Source: a virus. From it: 64,000 nt of DNA. The notes under the pieces were generated by a model, which was given only the letters and a program-made list of their open reading frames with translations, did not search any database and was not told the origin of the DNA. Shown here one piece after another: positions 41,222 through 50,780 of this stretch. The position numbers were made by a program, and so were the translations under genes. Numbering within the stretch: position 1 is the first letter of the stretch; every line of letters begins with the position of its first letter. The stretch lies in IMG/VR virus record IMGVR_UViG_3300030328_002692, positions 27,134 to 91,133 of that record; one strand, written 5' to 3'.

Positions 41222-41548
41222 CTATTTTTTCCTAATTTTATCTATCTCAGCTTTTAGTTTTTTCTGAGATGCTTTGATTTGTTTTCCGTCAAGATACATT
41301 AGTATCTCTAAACACCAATCTTTTTCATGGGTTGTTTCTATCCCATATAATTCAAGTAGTAAATCTAGATTTGTGAAATCTTTTCCCACATAACCTACAT
41401 CACCGTAAATTCTGTCCCCGAGAGTATAAAATATATTTACTGCTCTTGATACAGATTCTGGAAAATCCTCAGCATCTGGAGGTATTCTATCCCAATCTAT
41501 TTCTTCTCCCGTTTGTTCGACCATACGTAAGTATTGGTCTTTTGTCAT
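41222..41548 (-). CDS. Tail assembly chaperone, downstream (frameshift-accessed) segment, T5 p138-like
   Basis: Lies before the TMP. The frame is open upstream to about 41623, and the ATG has no good SD. Confidence 0.75.
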   Translation of the reverse strand: MTKDQYLRMVEQTGEEIDWDRIPPDAEDFPESVSRAVNIFYTLGDRIYGDVGYVGKDFTNLDLLLELYGIETTHEKDWCLEILMYLDGKQIKASQKKLKAEIDKIRKK

Positions 41549-41564
41549 ACCTATGTTTTCGTGA

Positions 41565-42008
41565 TCAATCCACAGGTTGAGCTTCTTCAGTAGTTTGTTT
41601 TTCGACTTTTGTACGAAAGTTTTCTAAGTCAAAGACTACCTCATTGAGCCAATTATCAAACTCTGTTGAGTTTTCCACTAATTGTCTAGCGTTTTCTTGA
41701 GTATAATCTAGCTCGTCTTCTACATTTTGTCCTTGTAGGTTTACTAGTAGTAATTCTTCTAAAAATTTTAGTTTGAATCCTTTCCAACCTTTTACAGTTG
41801 CTTCTGTAAATTCAATTAAGAATTTATTTTCATCTAAATTTTCTTCAAATCCTCTAGTTTTTCTATTAAATTTGTTTGTAGTACACTTTTTTCTTAAGTT
41901 TACTAATTCTTTTCGGGATAGGTTTGCAAGTTCGACTTCAAATCCGTCGAGCCCTGGAAACTCTACCCAAGTGGTCTTACTGTCGACCAAAAGGCTTTTA
42001 AGTTCCAT
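41565..42008 (-). CDS. Tail assembly chaperone (T5 p139-like)
   Basis: VEFPGLDGF, VKGWKG and C-terminal ENFR. T5 synteny. Confidence 0.82.
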   Translation of the reverse strand: MELKSLLVDSKTTWVEFPGLDGFEVELANLSRKELVNLRKKCTTNKFNRKTRGFEENLDENKFLIEFTEATVKGWKGFKLKFLEELLLVNLQGQNVEDELDYTQENARQLVENSTEFDNWLNEVVFDLENFRTKVEKQTTEEAQPVD

Positions 42009-42024
42009 ATTTTTTTTCTCTCTC

Positions 42025-42948
42025 CTATGAGTATGTTGTGATTCTAGTTCCTAATGCTGTATTATCTGTTGAGCGAAAATCGTAGCTTTGAGTATAAACA
42101 TCTGCTACATTAACTCTTGCTGTGTACATAGCTGGATTTATTTGTATAGCCCAAAAAGTTGTACCATCAAGTTTTTTAGCGCTAATATTGATATTACTGT
42201 TAGTACTAAAATCATCAAATTGTGTTATATTATTATCTGTTTGGTATTGAGTTATTGCTCCCGAAACAATTCTGTTCTCTACCGTATATGCACTCGGAAA
42301 CATGGCATTACTTGAGTTTGTAACACTCAAGCTATCATGTAAAGTTTCAAAGGGTGTCCAAGTTATATTATTTTGTATTTGTAGATTAGTTCCGACAATA
42401 TTATTCATATCTAAACTATCTATAGTTACTACTGGATAAACTTGAAGAGGGTTTCTTGTGGAAGACTCAGATTGAAGACTTCCAGGAATAGAATAACTTT
42501 CATTCCCTACCCTACTTAATTTTGTTCCCTGTCCACTAACACCTATTTTGAATTGCTCTCTTGGATTAAAGGCAAATTCTGCTGAGGTTATTACACAGTT
42601 TTCTGTTTTAAAAGTGCTGTTTGTTGTCTGAACATACATATCAAAAACTTTTAGTTGTTGTGTTTCTATATCAGAATCACTAGTACTTACTAAGTCAGAT
42701 ATTAAATCCATGACAATAGACTCGTCCTTCTCTACTGTTAGAGGAACTGTAAAACTAAATTGAGCCGGATTGGCTTTAGTTACTTGTGTTCCCTCAAACA
42801 TTTTTGATTGATCGTGCAAAGTCTTTACTGGGTACGAATCTTCCGCAAATGTTTGGGAAAAGCTTAGGGCGGTACTTGTATATATTCTATACTTGTTACC
42901 GCCATAAACTATGAATAGCTTACTCTCCTTGAGAAAACTATAAGACAT
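42025..42948 (-). CDS. Minor tail / baseplate tube protein (T5 p140-like)
   Basis: FSQTF...KTLH...ANPAQFSF pattern. Directly after the major tail protein. Confidence 0.75.
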   Translation of the reverse strand: MSYSFLKESKLFIVYGGNKYRIYTSTALSFSQTFAEDSYPVKTLHDQSKMFEGTQVTKANPAQFSFTVPLTVEKDESIVMDLISDLVSTSDSDIETQQLKVFDMYVQTTNSTFKTENCVITSAEFAFNPREQFKIGVSGQGTKLSRVGNESYSIPGSLQSESSTRNPLQVYPVVTIDSLDMNNIVGTNLQIQNNITWTPFETLHDSLSVTNSSNAMFPSAYTVENRIVSGAITQYQTDNNITQFDDFSTNSNINISAKKLDGTTFWAIQINPAMYTARVNVADVYTQSYDFRSTDNTALGTRITTYS

Positions 42949-42952
42949 TTTA

Positions 42953-44590
42953 CTAGGCGTCTAGTGCACGCGCAGCGTTATGTGAATAACCGCTTTGAGT
43001 GTGTTCTGTACTACCTAAATACTTGACTGACATTTCATCGCCTGTCAACAAATCAGTTCCGTGAGCTGCGAACTCTACAGAAGCTGAGATAAGGTCTGCC
43101 ACTTCTACTGTCGGAACAGATAAATGACATTTTGGCATGTTAAATTCAACACCTGGTGCTGTAAAGTCGTTAGCGTCCATCGCATCACCATCTGAAGCGA
43201 CTGTTCCTGCTACACCCATGTATAAACGCATATCAAATACGTTTGTAACTAAGTCTGTTGCATTAGCTAAGTCAGTTAGAAGCTGATTAGAGCCATTGGT
43301 TTTTGTGTCAAGGTACATGTTCAAAGAACCACTTACTACCCTAGCACCTGTAAATGAGCCAATCGGCTTATCTACAACACCAATAGTTTCTGGTGTTACA
43401 TAAGTAACATTGTTTGCTACAGTTATAGAGCCACCTGTAATATTAATATCATAGGTTCTGTTATCTAAACCGTTTGAAGCTGCTCCACCACCTTGTGCGT
43501 CTGCATCTAAGTATAAACTTGAAAGTTTATTTCTTAAATAGTCAGCATCACTTGGGCCAGTAGTATCAGCATAATTATATGTCTCAGCATAAGTATCTGT
43601 ATTACCACTTGTTGGTGTTGCATTTGAAGTTCCTTGAATAATATATTTTGAAGGGTCTTCTATTGCTTCTGCTACCTGGTCAATTGTTGTTGCGTTTCCA
43701 GACCAAGTAATTTGTGCTATACCGTCGATTGAAAAATCGATTTCAGCTTGGTTAATTTGTGCTTGGTTTAACCTGTATGTTGTATTTTCTAGTGCAAAGT
43801 AAATACTTAATTTCATAAGTTCGTGAACATCTGATTGGTCAAATTTGGTTAGTGAACCTGTGGCTGCACTTGTTGTTACCTGTACACCAGCGCCTGAAGC
43901 GTCTGAAGCATTAGGTAATCCTGTTCCTGATATTGCTGCCCATAGTAGGTTTTCACAACAATCGTATGTTCCGTCTGCTCTAAAGCTAGCTGCTCCATGT
44001 ACAAATGGTCGTACATAAGTACCGAATGACCATTCTGCAGGTGGTAAAGAGTCGTTAAACCTCTTTGAACCCCTGTTTGGCGCTGCACCAGCTTCATTAA
44101 TTGTTACATCAGTTGAATCAGATCCTTGTGAGAAACTATATCCATCTAATACACCAATTCTAAATGTGTTTGCATCTACTTCATTTCCTTTGAACTTTCC
44201 AGTTCCAGTCCTAGTACCATCTGCTGTTGTTGTACCTGCGACTGAGTCGACAGTTACTACTAATCCGGAAGCACCCGAATTATTAGTACCAGCATAGTTT
44301 TCTACGGCTGTTTCAGTTGCAGTTTCGTTTGCTGCGAACGCTGCTCCTCTAAAGTTATTGGGAACATATATGCTTGATACTGGGCCAGTTGAACCGCCTC
44401 CAGTAATAGCTGCTACGATACATTTGAAGCCAGTACCGCTACTACTAGTTGTTCCTAGTGTTACGATATCGCCTACAGCGTAGCCTGTTCCGGCAGTACT
44501 AACGTGACAGGTTTTTACTCCGCCAGTAGCACCTACTCCATTTACGGAGCTGACAAATACTTTAGTATTTCTCGATAGATTTAAAGCCAT
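42953..44590 (-). CDS. Major tail tube protein (T5 pb6-like)
   Basis: LSRNTKVFVS, VLDGYSFSQ, RGSKRFNDSL.PAEWSF.TY.RP and NNVTYVTPE motifs. AGGAG SD. Confidence 0.92.
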   Translation of the reverse strand: MALNLSRNTKVFVSSVNGVGATGGVKTCHVSTAGTGYAVGDIVTLGTTSSSGTGFKCIVAAITGGGSTGPVSSIYVPNNFRGAAFAANETATETAVENYAGTNNSGASGLVVTVDSVAGTTTADGTRTGTGKFKGNEVDANTFRIGVLDGYSFSQGSDSTDVTINEAGAAPNRGSKRFNDSLPPAEWSFGTYVRPFVHGAASFRADGTYDCCENLLWAAISGTGLPNASDASGAGVQVTTSAATGSLTKFDQSDVHELMKLSIYFALENTTYRLNQAQINQAEIDFSIDGIAQITWSGNATTIDQVAEAIEDPSKYIIQGTSNATPTSGNTDTYAETYNYADTTGPSDADYLRNKLSSLYLDADAQGGGAASNGLDNRTYDINITGGSITVANNVTYVTPETIGVVDKPIGSFTGARVVSGSLNMYLDTKTNGSNQLLTDLANATDLVTNVFDMRLYMGVAGTVASDGDAMDANDFTAPGVEFNMPKCHLSVPTVEVADLISASVEFAAHGTDLLTGDEMSVKYLGSTEHTQSGYSHNAARALDA

Positions 44591-44655
44591 TGCTTTCTCC
44601 TATTTTTTACTTTGAAAGTACGTAGCTAGATGTTTATCAGCTGTGTAATTTCCTT

Positions 44656-45108
44656 TTAATACCTACACTCTAGTACCAATTCTCCAACTCCTAAAGGGTC
44701 TAATACTCCTTCATCGGTTGTTATTGATCTTAGAGTTAAGGAAGTCGTTGTTAAGTTCGGACTTACAGTATCGTCGTAAGTCAGAACATCATTTTCGTCT
44801 ATTACTCTTTCTATGTCCTCACATAAAAGAGCCAAGACTTCTTGTGGGTCATCTTGATCTTCAACATAAACTCTTATGCTTAATTCCATAAATCTCCACT
44901 TGAACTCGTTTGGTTGATATTCTCTAGTTTCGTCTCCTGCTACTACGCATACTTTTGGATACTCTTGAATATCATCTAAAAAACTCATTCCGTTGTGAGC
45001 ATTTTGAAAAACATTTGAATTGTATGGGTAATTTCCATCAATTAATTTAATCTTTTCCACTATAGCATCTGCTATTTTCTTTCTAGCTGTTCTGTATGTA
45101 GATGCCAT
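44656..45108 (-). CDS. Tail terminator protein (T5 p142-like)
   Basis: ETREYQP and ITTDEGVL.P.GVGE motifs. T5 synteny. Confidence 0.82.
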   Translation of the reverse strand: MASTYRTARKKIADAIVEKIKLIDGNYPYNSNVFQNAHNGMSFLDDIQEYPKVCVVAGDETREYQPNEFKWRFMELSIRVYVEDQDDPQEVLALLCEDIERVIDENDVLTYDDTVSPNLTTTSLTLRSITTDEGVLDPLGVGELVLECRY

Positions 45109-46589
45109 TATACTCTCCTAAGTTGTGTAAATTTTTGCTTTGTGTACTGTTCCGCTAATTCTCTTATACTTTTAGCTATTAACGGTTTTGGGTTATATGA
45201 GCCTCTCCATCTTCGCTTTCCTGTGCTTTCAAAAGTTTCATATACACCATCTTTATTTTTACTTACACCACCACCAGTTCTCATATATGTATAGTTACCA
45301 CTAATACCACCAGCTGTTTCTCTCAAACTTATTATCTCAGCACTGTTTGAAAAAATACCAGTTCTATTAGTAAGCTGGGGATACCCCATTTGTCTTCTAA
45401 CTTCAGCAGGTAATCTTCTATTTATATCTCTTTTTAATTTGTTTAATTCTCTTTGGGCAATTCCGGCTCCGCCTTCTTTCTTTCTAGACTGCATTCTGCT
45501 TACTAATGCTGCGGCAGTAGCCATTGCTTTTATTGCTTGTGCTGACTCTTTTTGTAGTCTTAACTGTTCTCTGCTTTTCTTAGCGTACTTTGTTCTTTTT
45601 CTACCTGACTTATTACTTTTAGTCTTGGTTTTCTTTGGAGTATATTTCTTACCTGTTAATTCTCCCATAGTTCTCTTTACTAGTTCATCACCTACGGTTT
45701 TTGAACCTATAATATCTAAAGAATTCTTTCCAATCTCTCTTAAAATCTTCTGCTCAGCTGGAGTCGCCTTCTTAGAGGATTTCATATTTACCCAGTCCTT
45801 CATACCTCCGCCAAACACAGTAGCCGCTTGTCCTGTATGACTTTCTACTCCACCCTTAATATCTGCATTATCCTTTGCATCTATTACTTGCAAGGACATA
45901 AGTTCACCATCTACGTTATTTGCAGCATCTCTAAACTTCTGTTTAGTAGCTGTTAAGTCGTAATCAACTTTTGCTAGGTAGTCATTTCTTAATTTTTCGT
46001 AATTTTCTGGTGTCATATTGCCACCACTTCTAAATGCTTCTAACATACCGCTATTCATAGCTATTAGATTTTGTATCTTCTTTATTACCTCTTGTACCCA
46101 ATACCTGCTTCTTTTGAATATTGCCTGATTACCTTTTGCATCAGCTTTACCTGTTGGTATTCCTACTACATCACCTTCCATATCTGCGAGAATAGATACA
46201 AAAACGTCATACATACCTACTAATCTAAGACCTATTATATTCACATCTGCGTGGTCTAGCTGTAATCCCATATCTTTTAAACCTATATTTGTGTTTAAAG
46301 ACTTTAGCAAGGTATTTATTACTATAGACATCTCCTTTTGTGTCTGCGGGTTGTTTTTAAACAACTCTACAAGGTGCGGATCAACTTTTGCGAGTTCTAT
46401 TCCAAGCTTTTTCATCTCTTCCAAAGTCTCTATAGGCATAATCAGTTCGGCTTTCATACCGTCCCCTACAATATCTCTAGTCTCTTCTGACCCAAGTATT
46501 AAGTTTTTCTTAATTGCTTCTAGATATTTATCCCAGTTTGTTCCACTACTTCCTTTAAAAGTAGCTTTAATTTTGATATCATCAGCCAC
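45108..46589 (-). CDS. Tail completion protein (T5 p143-like C-terminus, N-terminally extended)
   Basis: L.NRTG.F..S...Y.Y...Y.TFE...NPKPLI..SIR C-terminal motif. T5 synteny. Confidence 0.65.
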   Translation of the reverse strand: MADDIKIKATFKGSSGTNWDKYLEAIKKNLILGSEETRDIVGDGMKAELIMPIETLEEMKKLGIELAKVDPHLVELFKNNPQTQKEMSIVINTLLKSLNTNIGLKDMGLQLDHADVNIIGLRLVGMYDVFVSILADMEGDVVGIPTGKADAKGNQAIFKRSRYWVQEVIKKIQNLIAMNSGMLEAFRSGGNMTPENYEKLRNDYLAKVDYDLTATKQKFRDAANNVDGELMSLQVIDAKDNADIKGGVESHTGQAATVFGGGMKDWVNMKSSKKATPAEQKILREIGKNSLDIIGSKTVGDELVKRTMGELTGKKYTPKKTKTKSNKSGRKRTKYAKKSREQLRLQKESAQAIKAMATAAALVSRMQSRKKEGGAGIAQRELNKLKRDINRRLPAEVRRQMGYPQLTNRTGIFSNSAEIISLRETAGGISGNYTYMRTGGGVSKNKDGVYETFESTGKRRWRGSYNPKPLIAKSIRELAEQYTKQKFTQLRRV

Positions 46590-47200
46590 TAGCTATATAT
46601 TTTATACATATCAAGTATTCTTTTGATATGGTCTGGGAATCCTATGTTACCAGTCAAACTAGAAGATAGTACGTTTTCTACTGATGCTCCTGAAATAGAT
46701 TGTCTTTCTTTTCTTTCATCTTTCATATAGTACTTGATTAAATCAAATACTGCAAGTTTTAAATCTTCGGGTGTGCTAGTATAACCAGCCCTATAAACTA
46801 CTTTTACTGCCTTCATTCCTTTGGGCCAGTACTTAGTACCAGTACTATTTGTACGTACAATACTGTCAGAGTCTGTGTCTAAAACATATTCATATTTACC
46901 ACTACTGTCAGAATTTTCTGTGATTAGTGTAACGTATGATGATGCTTGGTCATCTCTTTCTTGTACTTGTGATACAGATATTAGAGGAGATTCAGATAGT
47001 ATTATTCTGTCAACATAGTCATCTTTTATATTAAAGTATTCTGTTTTATCAGAACCCGCATAGTCTATAATAGACGTTCCGCAATAAGTTTTTACAAGTT
47101 GTGAAACTTGGTCAATAACTACTTCTATTCGGGCATCATTCTTTATGCTCTGAAGGCCTGCGAAGTCTTTGTACTGTTGTAATGTTACTAAATCTGCCAT
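46589..47200 (-). CDS. Head completion / head-tail adaptor (T5 p144-like)
   Basis: LVKTYCG, Y.AGY...PEDLKLA..DL..YY and FPDHIKRILDMY motifs. Confidence 0.85.
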   Translation of the reverse strand: MADLVTLQQYKDFAGLQSIKNDARIEVVIDQVSQLVKTYCGTSIIDYAGSDKTEYFNIKDDYVDRIILSESPLISVSQVQERDDQASSYVTLITENSDSSGKYEYVLDTDSDSIVRTNSTGTKYWPKGMKAVKVVYRAGYTSTPEDLKLAVFDLIKYYMKDERKERQSISGASVENVLSSSLTGNIGFPDHIKRILDMYKIYS

Positions 47201-47205
47201 AATTT

Positions 47206-47238
47206 TAAAAAGTATGGTGGGGAATACACCCCACCATA
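47206..47238 (-). terminator. Rho-independent terminator after the major capsid gene
   Basis: Perfect 10-bp stem (TATGGTGGGG / CCCCACCATA) with a 6-nt loop, followed by CTTTTT on the minus strand. Confidence 0.8.
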
Positions 47239-47249
47239 AACATTAGCTA

Positions 47250-49313
47250 TTAACTAGCTTTGTATTGTAAAGCGTGAACTGAAGTCGCGTTTGCAATCAT
47301 ATCGGTAAATCCGATTCTTTGCGATGCAACTAGAACTCTTCTTTGGTTTGCTACTTCGTAGTCAGACTCGATTGTAACACCTCTTAATCTTGGCATTACA
47401 TAGTTCTTGGTGTACACTGCACAACCATAGAACTTAGAGACCGCTGGTGTAGCGAACTCGTCACAAACGATTACTTTAGAACCGAAGACCTCTCCGATTT
47501 CACCATTAAGCTTAGTAGCCATGTTGCCAACTAGGTTGACATCTTGGAACTCAGCGTCACTTAGCAAGTTAAAGTACTCAGTTGAGTTAACAATGTACAT
47601 TACATCTTTAGGGTTAATTCCGTATTTACCCATTTTCTTTCTAGCATTTAACAAAGTAGCTGCTGTTAAAGATTCAGATGCGAATGCAGTTGTTGATTGA
47701 GTTACGTGCGAACCAGATGAGTTAGCGCCTGCAGCGATAGCTACTAGGCCATCAAAAGCTGCTTGTGATGTACCATATACACCATCAGCGTGGTCACCCA
47801 CTAGTATAGCATTCTCAATACCTCTTGCATGTGATCTAATGATTGACTCCCTGATTAAAGGAAGAATCGGTAGAATTGCGTCTTCTTCAGTTTCGTTACC
47901 TAAGTAAGATTGTGAAATAAGTTTTTTAGTTGAAAGAGTTCTTTCTGTTAAATCAACACCTGCGTATGGAGAACCATATGCGTCACCCCTTTCTTCTAAG
48001 TTACCATGTGGTGAACTTCCAGAAGCTGTTTGGTTACTAGTAAATTCTGCGTAACCTGCATCTGGTAAGATTGGTATGATTTGAGTTGCTGATTGCATTG
48101 GAATTTCTCTAAATAGAGGAGCCAATACTAACTCTAATTGAATATCTCTTTCGATATTTGTTGATACTGTTTGTTCAAAATCAGCTGATGAAACGCCAAC
48201 GCCTGAATGAGCATTAACTTTTTCCATAGTTTCTTTCGCAAGGTTTGTATCCCAGCCTTTACCTGTAGCAAGACCCATTACCCAAGCGTCATCAATGTCG
48301 CTTTGGAAGGCTTTTGCCCAGTCGCTGTTTTGTCTGTCGCCAAAGACTCTTTTTGACTCACGCATTGCGTTAATCTCTTCTTTTTTATCAGACAGTTCAG
48401 TTTTAAGTTCGTTAACAACGGATTCTAGGTCGCCCTGTCTTTCTTCAACGCGTTTTTCAACGTCATTGATAAGCTTTTCAGCTCCAGATAGGCCAGCAGT
48501 CACTATTGTTTTAACTTTTTCTTGCTCAGCTTCTTTTTCAGCTACAACTGCATCTTCTGCAGCCTGCTTCTCTTCAGCGTCGCTTAACTCTTTTGCCTTT
48601 TGTTCTGCTTGTTGCATTGCGATTTTAGCAGCAGTTGATTTTGCCACCTCTTCCGCGAATGCTTTTAAGTCTAACTCAGCATCTGGAGTAGTTTTTTCTG
48701 TAGACATATGTCTCTCCTGTTGAGTGGTTTTACCCACGGCTTGTGGCGCATCAATTTCGTCAGTTTTTACTGCTTCCATATCATGAGCCTGTTTTACGTC
48801 ATTAGTAAAGTTAGCTTTCCATTCATCATATTCTGATTGAGAATCGAATGATTTTGCAATCGAAAACATTGCAGTCTGGTTGCAAGGGACACTTACAACA
48901 GACACTTCGAATAATTCAGCGTCCTTTATTTGGTATCCGTCAGTTTCCTTTAGATAATCAGCGTCCTTGACTCGGAAACCCACGGAAAATGCTCCAAGTA
49001 CGCCATCTTTTATAAGATCTTTTACCTCACCCGCAGACTTAGAAATTCTAGCTCCGAGCTCGAGGCCTTTGTCGTTTACTTCTATGGAAGTAGCACGACC
49101 AATTGGTTTGTTATAGTCATGGTTAAACAGAATTATTGGATTACCTTTAAAGTTTTCCAATCCACCGTTTTTAGTCCATGCGTCATGGTCAATAATATCA
49201 CCGGCTCTATCCGATGCGTTAGTGCTAGCATATCCTTTGATATTAACACTTCCATCATCGTCTTCACCTAATGTTTTGAAAGTCGATGACCAATGAAAAA
49301 TTTTATCTGACAT
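47250..49313 (-). CDS. Fused HK97-type prohead protease and major capsid protein (internal MCP start at 48707)
   Basis: N-terminal protease motifs (IKGYAST, DRAGD, LFNHD...PIG, FSVGF, EVSVVSVP). Then a coiled-coil delta domain and a T5 pb8-like capsid domain (ETEEDAI..ILP.IR, RKKMGKYG). Confidence 0.92.
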   Translation of the reverse strand: MSDKIFHWSSTFKTLGEDDDGSVNIKGYASTNASDRAGDIIDHDAWTKNGGLENFKGNPIILFNHDYNKPIGRATSIEVNDKGLELGARISKSAGEVKDLIKDGVLGAFSVGFRVKDADYLKETDGYQIKDAELFEVSVVSVPCNQTAMFSIAKSFDSQSEYDEWKANFTNDVKQAHDMEAVKTDEIDAPQAVGKTTQQERHMSTEKTTPDAELDLKAFAEEVAKSTAAKIAMQQAEQKAKELSDAEEKQAAEDAVVAEKEAEQEKVKTIVTAGLSGAEKLINDVEKRVEERQGDLESVVNELKTELSDKKEEINAMRESKRVFGDRQNSDWAKAFQSDIDDAWVMGLATGKGWDTNLAKETMEKVNAHSGVGVSSADFEQTVSTNIERDIQLELVLAPLFREIPMQSATQIIPILPDAGYAEFTSNQTASGSSPHGNLEERGDAYGSPYAGVDLTERTLSTKKLISQSYLGNETEEDAILPILPLIRESIIRSHARGIENAILVGDHADGVYGTSQAAFDGLVAIAAGANSSGSHVTQSTTAFASESLTAATLLNARKKMGKYGINPKDVMYIVNSTEYFNLLSDAEFQDVNLVGNMATKLNGEIGEVFGSKVIVCDEFATPAVSKFYGCAVYTKNYVMPRLRGVTIESDYEVANQRRVLVASQRIGFTDMIANATSVHALQYKAS

Positions 49314-49315
49314 AA

Positions 49316-49576
49316 CTATTTACCCTTTTTTTCAGCTTTTTTAGGAGCTGGCTTTGCCTTTGGTTTAGGGGCAGGAGCAGGTGCTTCTACTGGAGTGTCT
49401 TCCCACCCAGCAGTTACCATCATCTGTTGCATTCTTGCCCATGAGCCAAAAGCTCTTTTTGCAACCATAAAACGCATTGGAGCGTCATCAGCTGCTTTAT
49501 ATTCTTCAATAGAAAGAACTTTTCCTTTCTTTTTGAAGTATTCCATTAATACTTTTAGTACTTGTGGTCTATTCAT
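49316..49576 (-). CDS. Small basic protein with Lys/Pro/Ala-rich tail, in the T5 decoration-gene position
   Basis: Likely start at ATG 49576 (MNRPQ...). Contains EY...P......FGSW.......AG and an APAPKPKAKPAPKKAEKKGK tail. Confidence 0.65.
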   Translation of the reverse strand: MNRPQVLKVLMEYFKKKGKVLSIEEYKAADDAPMRFMVAKRAFGSWARMQQMMVTAGWEDTPVEAPAPAPKPKAKPAPKKAEKKGK

Positions 49577-50780
49577 CTTGTGTTTCCTCTGTTTCTTCGG
49601 GTGGTCTACCACCTTCCTCTGGGTTAACTGCACTACCTGCTATATTGGCAGGTACTCTTAATTCATCATGTCCGTCTATTGCTTCCATGTTCATTGCATC
49701 TCTAACCTCATTAGGTGTCATAATACCTGTATTGACTAAAGTAGCATAATATGCTGCTTGGTCTCTCAATTCTGGTTGTAGTGCTGGTACTCCATGCACA
49801 TCTTCAACTAGTTGAAATCCAAAGTATCTTTCACACGCGTATCCAATTTTTCTAACAATAGGTAGTATAGTTTCTAAATAATAGAGTCTATGATTAGGTC
49901 TAATATTTGCATTATTACCACCATCTAATAAAATTGGTGGAACTCCTAGTGCTTCTAAAATTATTTTTTCATTAGCGGCGATTGATGGTTGAAAATCTAG
50001 CTCTTTAAAGTTTACTTTAGTTAAGCTATCTACCTCTAAACCTCCGTCTAATATAAGTGGTCTTTTTCCACCGTTTTTAGGATTGTATCTAGTACTCCAA
50101 GCCTGTAACATTCTTTCCTTGATTCTGTCAGAAAGAGTATTAGGACTCTTAAGTACTAATCCTGGAACTGCTCCATTTTTGAAGAAGTTATCCTGAAATT
50201 TTCTCATATTATCCATTAAGTACATGGTTCTATAAGCTGGTTTCAATCTAGGTACTCCCCTGTATATTGATTTGAATGAGTTTTCCTTAATATGTATAAT
50301 TTCATAAGGGGAGTAGTCTATGTGACCATCATATACATACTTATTAATATAGGTCTTTGTATCAGATTCTATAGTAACATTATTCGCAGGTAAATGATAG
50401 AGATGGGCACCATCATAATAAATGAAGATGTTTCCATCAATCAATAAGTCAATAATTAAATTTCTTTTAAAACTATTAACATCTTGAAAAGGGTTTGGCT
50501 CTTTGTTTAGTAGTAAGTCTACACGACTTCTACGAACATTCTGCACCATAGGTGTTATGCCATTAATCTTTTCGCCTACTTCAAAAGGTATATCTGCGCT
50601 ATCATCAACAATCATATTGACTGCCCTATTGACTACTTCTAGTTCTTCGTAAGCTGAGCGATAATTATCTTTCTTCTCACGAGTGTCTATTGATGTACCT
50701 TCTTCTAAGCCAATGAAAGATTGAGCAGGATTTAACTTCTCCTCTCTTTCTATGCCTAAAAATCTATCATACCATGCCAT
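49569..50780 (-). CDS. Portal protein (HK97 family, T5 pb7-like)
   Basis: DLLIDGN, FFKNGAVPG, ILDGGL, LGVPP and GIMTPNEVR motifs. Confidence 0.95.
   Translation of the reverse strand: MAWYDRFLGIEREEKLNPAQSFIGLEEGTSIDTREKKDNYRSAYEELEVVNRAVNMIVDDSADIPFEVGEKINGITPMVQNVRRSRVDLLLNKEPNPFQDVNSFKRNLIIDLLIDGNIFIYYDGAHLYHLPANNVTIESDTKTYINKYVYDGHIDYSPYEIIHIKENSFKSIYRGVPRLKPAYRTMYLMDNMRKFQDNFFKNGAVPGLVLKSPNTLSDRIKERMLQAWSTRYNPKNGGKRPLILDGGLEVDSLTKVNFKELDFQPSIAANEKIILEALGVPPILLDGGNNANIRPNHRLYYLETILPIVRKIGYACERYFGFQLVEDVHGVPALQPELRDQAAYYATLVNTGIMTPNEVRDAMNMEAIDGHDELRVPANIAGSAVNPEEGGRPPEETEETQDE

Noticed and set aside
44600-44650. Two small hairpins upstream of the major tail gene
   Set aside because: The stems are short and AT-rich with no U-tract, too weak to call a terminator or riboregulator.
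49577-49633. N-terminal extension of the 49316..49633 ORF
   Set aside because: It lies inside the portal 3' end. The ATG at 49576, with an upstream GAGGA, is the more plausible start.
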